Positions 38,647 through 41,481 of a stretch of DNA of 41,481 nt are shown one piece after another. The notes below the pieces were generated by a model. The model made no database searches. It worked only from the letters and a program-made list of their open reading frames with translations, and had not been told where the DNA came from. The stretch is from a virus (Duplodnaviria > Heunggongvirae > Uroviricota > Caudoviricetes): the IMG/VR virus record IMGVR_UViG_2519103024_000007; one strand, 5' to 3'. The translations under genes and the position numbers were made by a program. Each line of letters begins with the position of its first letter. Within the stretch, counting starts at the first letter, position 1.

Positions 38647-39362
38647 TGAGTCTTATCATTGTTCTCCTGGTCGCAATATTTATTTTTATCTATAGATACA
38701 AAAAAAACAAACCACAAATCGATGCTTTTATTGCTAAAGAAAAAGAAAAGGATCTAATCAAGGACAAAAGACGAGCAACAAAGAGACGTAAGTGGGCATT
38801 AGCAATTGGTGATATAGTTGCTCGTCGTAATGGACTGTCAGTAAATGGCTTCACGTTAGATTTAAAGTTGACTGATGATAAGCGTCAACAACTTGCACTA
38901 CAGGTTAAACAAGAGCTAGGAACAGAAACTTACCAAAGCAACGAAGATTTCCGTCAACAAATTGGCGTTATATTACAGCGCTGGGCTACAGGGCTTGGTA
39001 ATTCTCCACATGATTTTTACGAACAACTGGCAGCACAAGGCCAGGTTCTGGATGGGCTGGCGTTTGACTGTATGCGCACTGCTTTTTTAACTCGTTGCAT
39101 CGCCGGTTTAGGCTGGTGCGATGAAAACCAGGCCTGGATAGTGTTATTACTGAATGCTCAAAGAGCACAAGATTGTTTCGCTTCATGGGAAGATTATGCC
39201 AGTGCTTATGTTCGCGCCCGACAAAAATGGTTAATGATATACGATACCCCCGTCGCCACTGCGAACCGTGATTTAAAGGAAGTCACTGCATGGTTGAAAG
39301 ATCCATTCAGTAACTGGAAAAAATTGCCGTGGAATGAATTTAAAATTTTTGAACCTAATTAA
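38646..39362 (+). CDS. hypothetical membrane-anchored protein, 238 aa
   Basis: Start overlaps the upstream stop (TAATG); N-terminal TM helix (LIIVLLVAIFIFIY) followed by a basic stretch. Confidence 0.55.
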   Translation: MSLIIVLLVAIFIFIYRYKKNKPQIDAFIAKEKEKDLIKDKRRATKRRKWALAIGDIVARRNGLSVNGFTLDLKLTDDKRQQLALQVKQELGTETYQSNEDFRQQIGVILQRWATGLGNSPHDFYEQLAAQGQVLDGLAFDCMRTAFLTRCIAGLGWCDENQAWIVLLLNAQRAQDCFASWEDYASAYVRARQKWLMIYDTPVATANRDLKEVTAWLKDPFSNWKKLPWNEFKIFEPN

Positions 39363-39372
39363 AAGGATATCT

Positions 39373-41481
39373 ATGGAACAGGATGCTCGTTTACTCAGTG
39401 CAATGCAAAAGATGTGTGACCAAAAAATGCCACTTAATACTCTTGAGAGAAAATGGCAAATCGCAAATATTCCTTATATGTTACAAGAAAAACGTTATCA
39501 GGAACTAGATGAAATTTATAACCAGGTATTACAGGAGAGTTTCACTTCTCGTCAGGCTGAAAAGCGCTATTTTTTATCCTGGACCCAAATGTGCAACTAT
39601 TTTTATGATATGAACACGCTAGTTGATGCCGGAACAGAAGGTTTAAGACTCATTAAAACCTGGCAGCAAGCAAGACCTCATTCTACACATGCCTGGCTTG
39701 CCGAAGCACAATACTGGAATCACCGTGCATGGTTATATCGCAGTTATGGCTGGGCAAATGATACCACACATGCAATGTGGCTTTGTGCTGGTGCATGTAA
39801 TGAACAAATGGTCATCGCTACACTTAAAGCAATTGATTGTGACCCACGACAATGGATGGCTGCATTACTTACCAGCACCAACTCAAAAGTATTTGGTCAG
39901 CCAGCCTGGCTGGCGGCACACCTTAACGGTGATAGTGTCGCAGGAATACCATTAATGATCGCACTGAAAAATTATCACCGCCGCTCCCCGCAAGAAGTGG
40001 AAGCGTTGATGGCGTATTCCGGACTTTCGTTTGAGCATGCAATATGCCCCGTTTTGCCTCGCCCCAATATACTTCCTGAGTATGATGATGATGGTGGGCA
40101 AAAATATTGGCTTTCTGTTTGCCTGACTATTTTTCCTCACACTTTTTATCCTTTTGTTGAATATATACCATTTCGAATGCCACGCTGGGGAGGGTCGCAT
40201 AAAGAAATTTCCGAATTGCTGGATTCAGTAACCTGTAAGCACTTATCTACCGAAGAACATGACTATATGGATCTCTTACTTTGGTGGGATGATTACCGAG
40301 ATGTCAGCATTGAGGACATTGCGCCCGAGGAGCAACAATATGCAATCGACTTAGCAGAGAATATTGCTCAGTACGCACAATTTCAGGAATGTCGCCATAA
40401 TGCCCTAGAGTGGTTACTTGCCTGCTATAACAAGCAGAACGATCACGATAAGTTGTGGTGCTGTATACAGCGAGCGGTGATGGAAGACATGAAGCTCAAT
40501 AATTATTACACTGCGTACGCGATAAAATTTGCATTAAGTTATTATCCAGATTCATTCTGGATATATAATTTTATCTGCCAAAATTCACAGAATACAACTT
40601 ATGCTACACCTGTTATTTATAGGGGGTTTTTCCAGCGAGAGGGTATTTTGGGTTTTGAAAAAGATGAAGGGCAGGGCGATGCTTGGCTGGAAAAAACTAG
40701 TGACATTAAATACAATCATAATTGGCGGTCGGCAATAAAAGATTTGAGTTGGTTTGACCTTTCTGATTATTTCATTCCGCTTGCGACAATTGGTAAGCAA
40801 AGAAATATTCCTGCCGCATTAAATTTAGTTGCTCTTGAATATTTGGATAAGGAAGACAATACAAAATTACCTTATGAACCATCTACAGCTTTGGAGTATT
40901 TTCGACGGGCACTTAAAATACTTCAAGATGACCTAAATTTCCATAGCTCGGTATCTTATCCACTGGTAAAAAATTATGGTTATAGCGAACATCAACAAGA
41001 TCTACAAAATATTTATTTTAGCATTGCTATCTGCTACCAGGCACTAAATAAACAAGAAATTTCTAAAGAAACACGGGCTATTTATGAAAAAAATCTCCTT
41101 GACAATTTATTTCTGGCTCATGAAGCTGGACATGAAAAAGCATGGGGGCTTTTTTTACTTAATATCTTTGAGGTGAAAGAACTCTCACTTGCTCATTTGC
41201 ACCTCCAACAGGTACAAGAAGAAGCGAATAAAGGTACGCTCGAAGCAATGATTACTTTGTCGCGCCTGTATGGTAACAAAGAAGATGAAAAACTGTTTAA
41301 CATGAAACTCAGTGCGCGCTGGACACATTTTGCCGAGTCTTTATATCCAGATAACGAAATTATTGCAGATTGCCTTTATCATCTCCATTTCTCCAGCCTG
41401 TGGAAACGCTGTCGTTATGCCTGGTATACCTTTCGTATTCCAGCTAGCGAATTACCCGGCCAGGTTAACAGTATGGTGTAA
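39373..41481 (+). CDS. hypothetical large protein (about 702 aa from ATG 39373), Trp/Tyr-rich helical repeats
   Basis: ATG 39373 with AAGGA RBS just after the upstream stop (track ORF begins at an in-frame ATG 39334 inside the previous gene); stop is the last codon of the window. Confidence 0.55.
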   Translation: MEQDARLLSAMQKMCDQKMPLNTLERKWQIANIPYMLQEKRYQELDEIYNQVLQESFTSRQAEKRYFLSWTQMCNYFYDMNTLVDAGTEGLRLIKTWQQARPHSTHAWLAEAQYWNHRAWLYRSYGWANDTTHAMWLCAGACNEQMVIATLKAIDCDPRQWMAALLTSTNSKVFGQPAWLAAHLNGDSVAGIPLMIALKNYHRRSPQEVEALMAYSGLSFEHAICPVLPRPNILPEYDDDGGQKYWLSVCLTIFPHTFYPFVEYIPFRMPRWGGSHKEISELLDSVTCKHLSTEEHDYMDLLLWWDDYRDVSIEDIAPEEQQYAIDLAENIAQYAQFQECRHNALEWLLACYNKQNDHDKLWCCIQRAVMEDMKLNNYYTAYAIKFALSYYPDSFWIYNFICQNSQNTTYATPVIYRGFFQREGILGFEKDEGQGDAWLEKTSDIKYNHNWRSAIKDLSWFDLSDYFIPLATIGKQRNIPAALNLVALEYLDKEDNTKLPYEPSTALEYFRRALKILQDDLNFHSSVSYPLVKNYGYSEHQQDLQNIYFSIAICYQALNKQEISKETRAIYEKNLLDNLFLAHEAGHEKAWGLFLLNIFEVKELSLAHLHLQQVQEEANKGTLEAMITLSRLYGNKEDEKLFNMKLSARWTHFAESLYPDNEIIADCLYHLHFSSLWKRCRYAWYTFRIPASELPGQVNSMV

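Noticed and set aside
1-41481. Scan for CRISPR arrays, tRNA and rRNA genes
   Set aside because: No regularly spaced direct repeats with unique spacers, no tRNA-like cloverleaf candidates at the att sites (the att core is in an sRNA terminator), and no rRNA-like segments seen.

Overview
The window is one near-complete P2-family temperate prophage, about 34.8 kb from the attL core (647-673) to the attR core (35412-35438). It is inserted in the 3' end of the host sRNA gene cyaR, between a yegR-like lipoprotein gene (1-318) and yegQ/trhP (35583-36944). Gene order and protein lengths follow canonical P2 almost gene for gene: int-C-cox-B-(four small ORFs)-A | cargo | cos | Q-P (minus strand) | O-N-M-L-X-Y-K-lysA-lysB/lysC-R-S-V-W-J-I-H-G | cargo | FI-FII-E/E'-T-U-D-ogr. 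Both classical P2 cargo positions hold visibly AT-rich foreign DNA. Between A and cos lies a roughly 2.2-kb AAA_13-like ABC ATPase gene on the minus strand, broken into four reading frames in this assembly. Between G and FI lies an IS2 copy (carrying a 627-nt N run) followed by a three-gene module: a 280-aa protein with no motif I recognise, a short FimB/FimE-sized tyrosine recombinase, and a convergent small membrane protein. That module is bracketed by related sites built on the 11-mer CAGACTGTCAG, and is my best candidate for an undescribed system. Beyond yegQ the window ends with an AT-rich, translationally coupled three-gene operon (404, 238 and 715 aa) of unknown function. I found no tRNA, rRNA or CRISPR array. 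All family assignments are from reading motifs and from recalled P2 biology; no database search was run. The sequence looks draft quality (N run, several apparent indels), so pseudogene calls are provisional.
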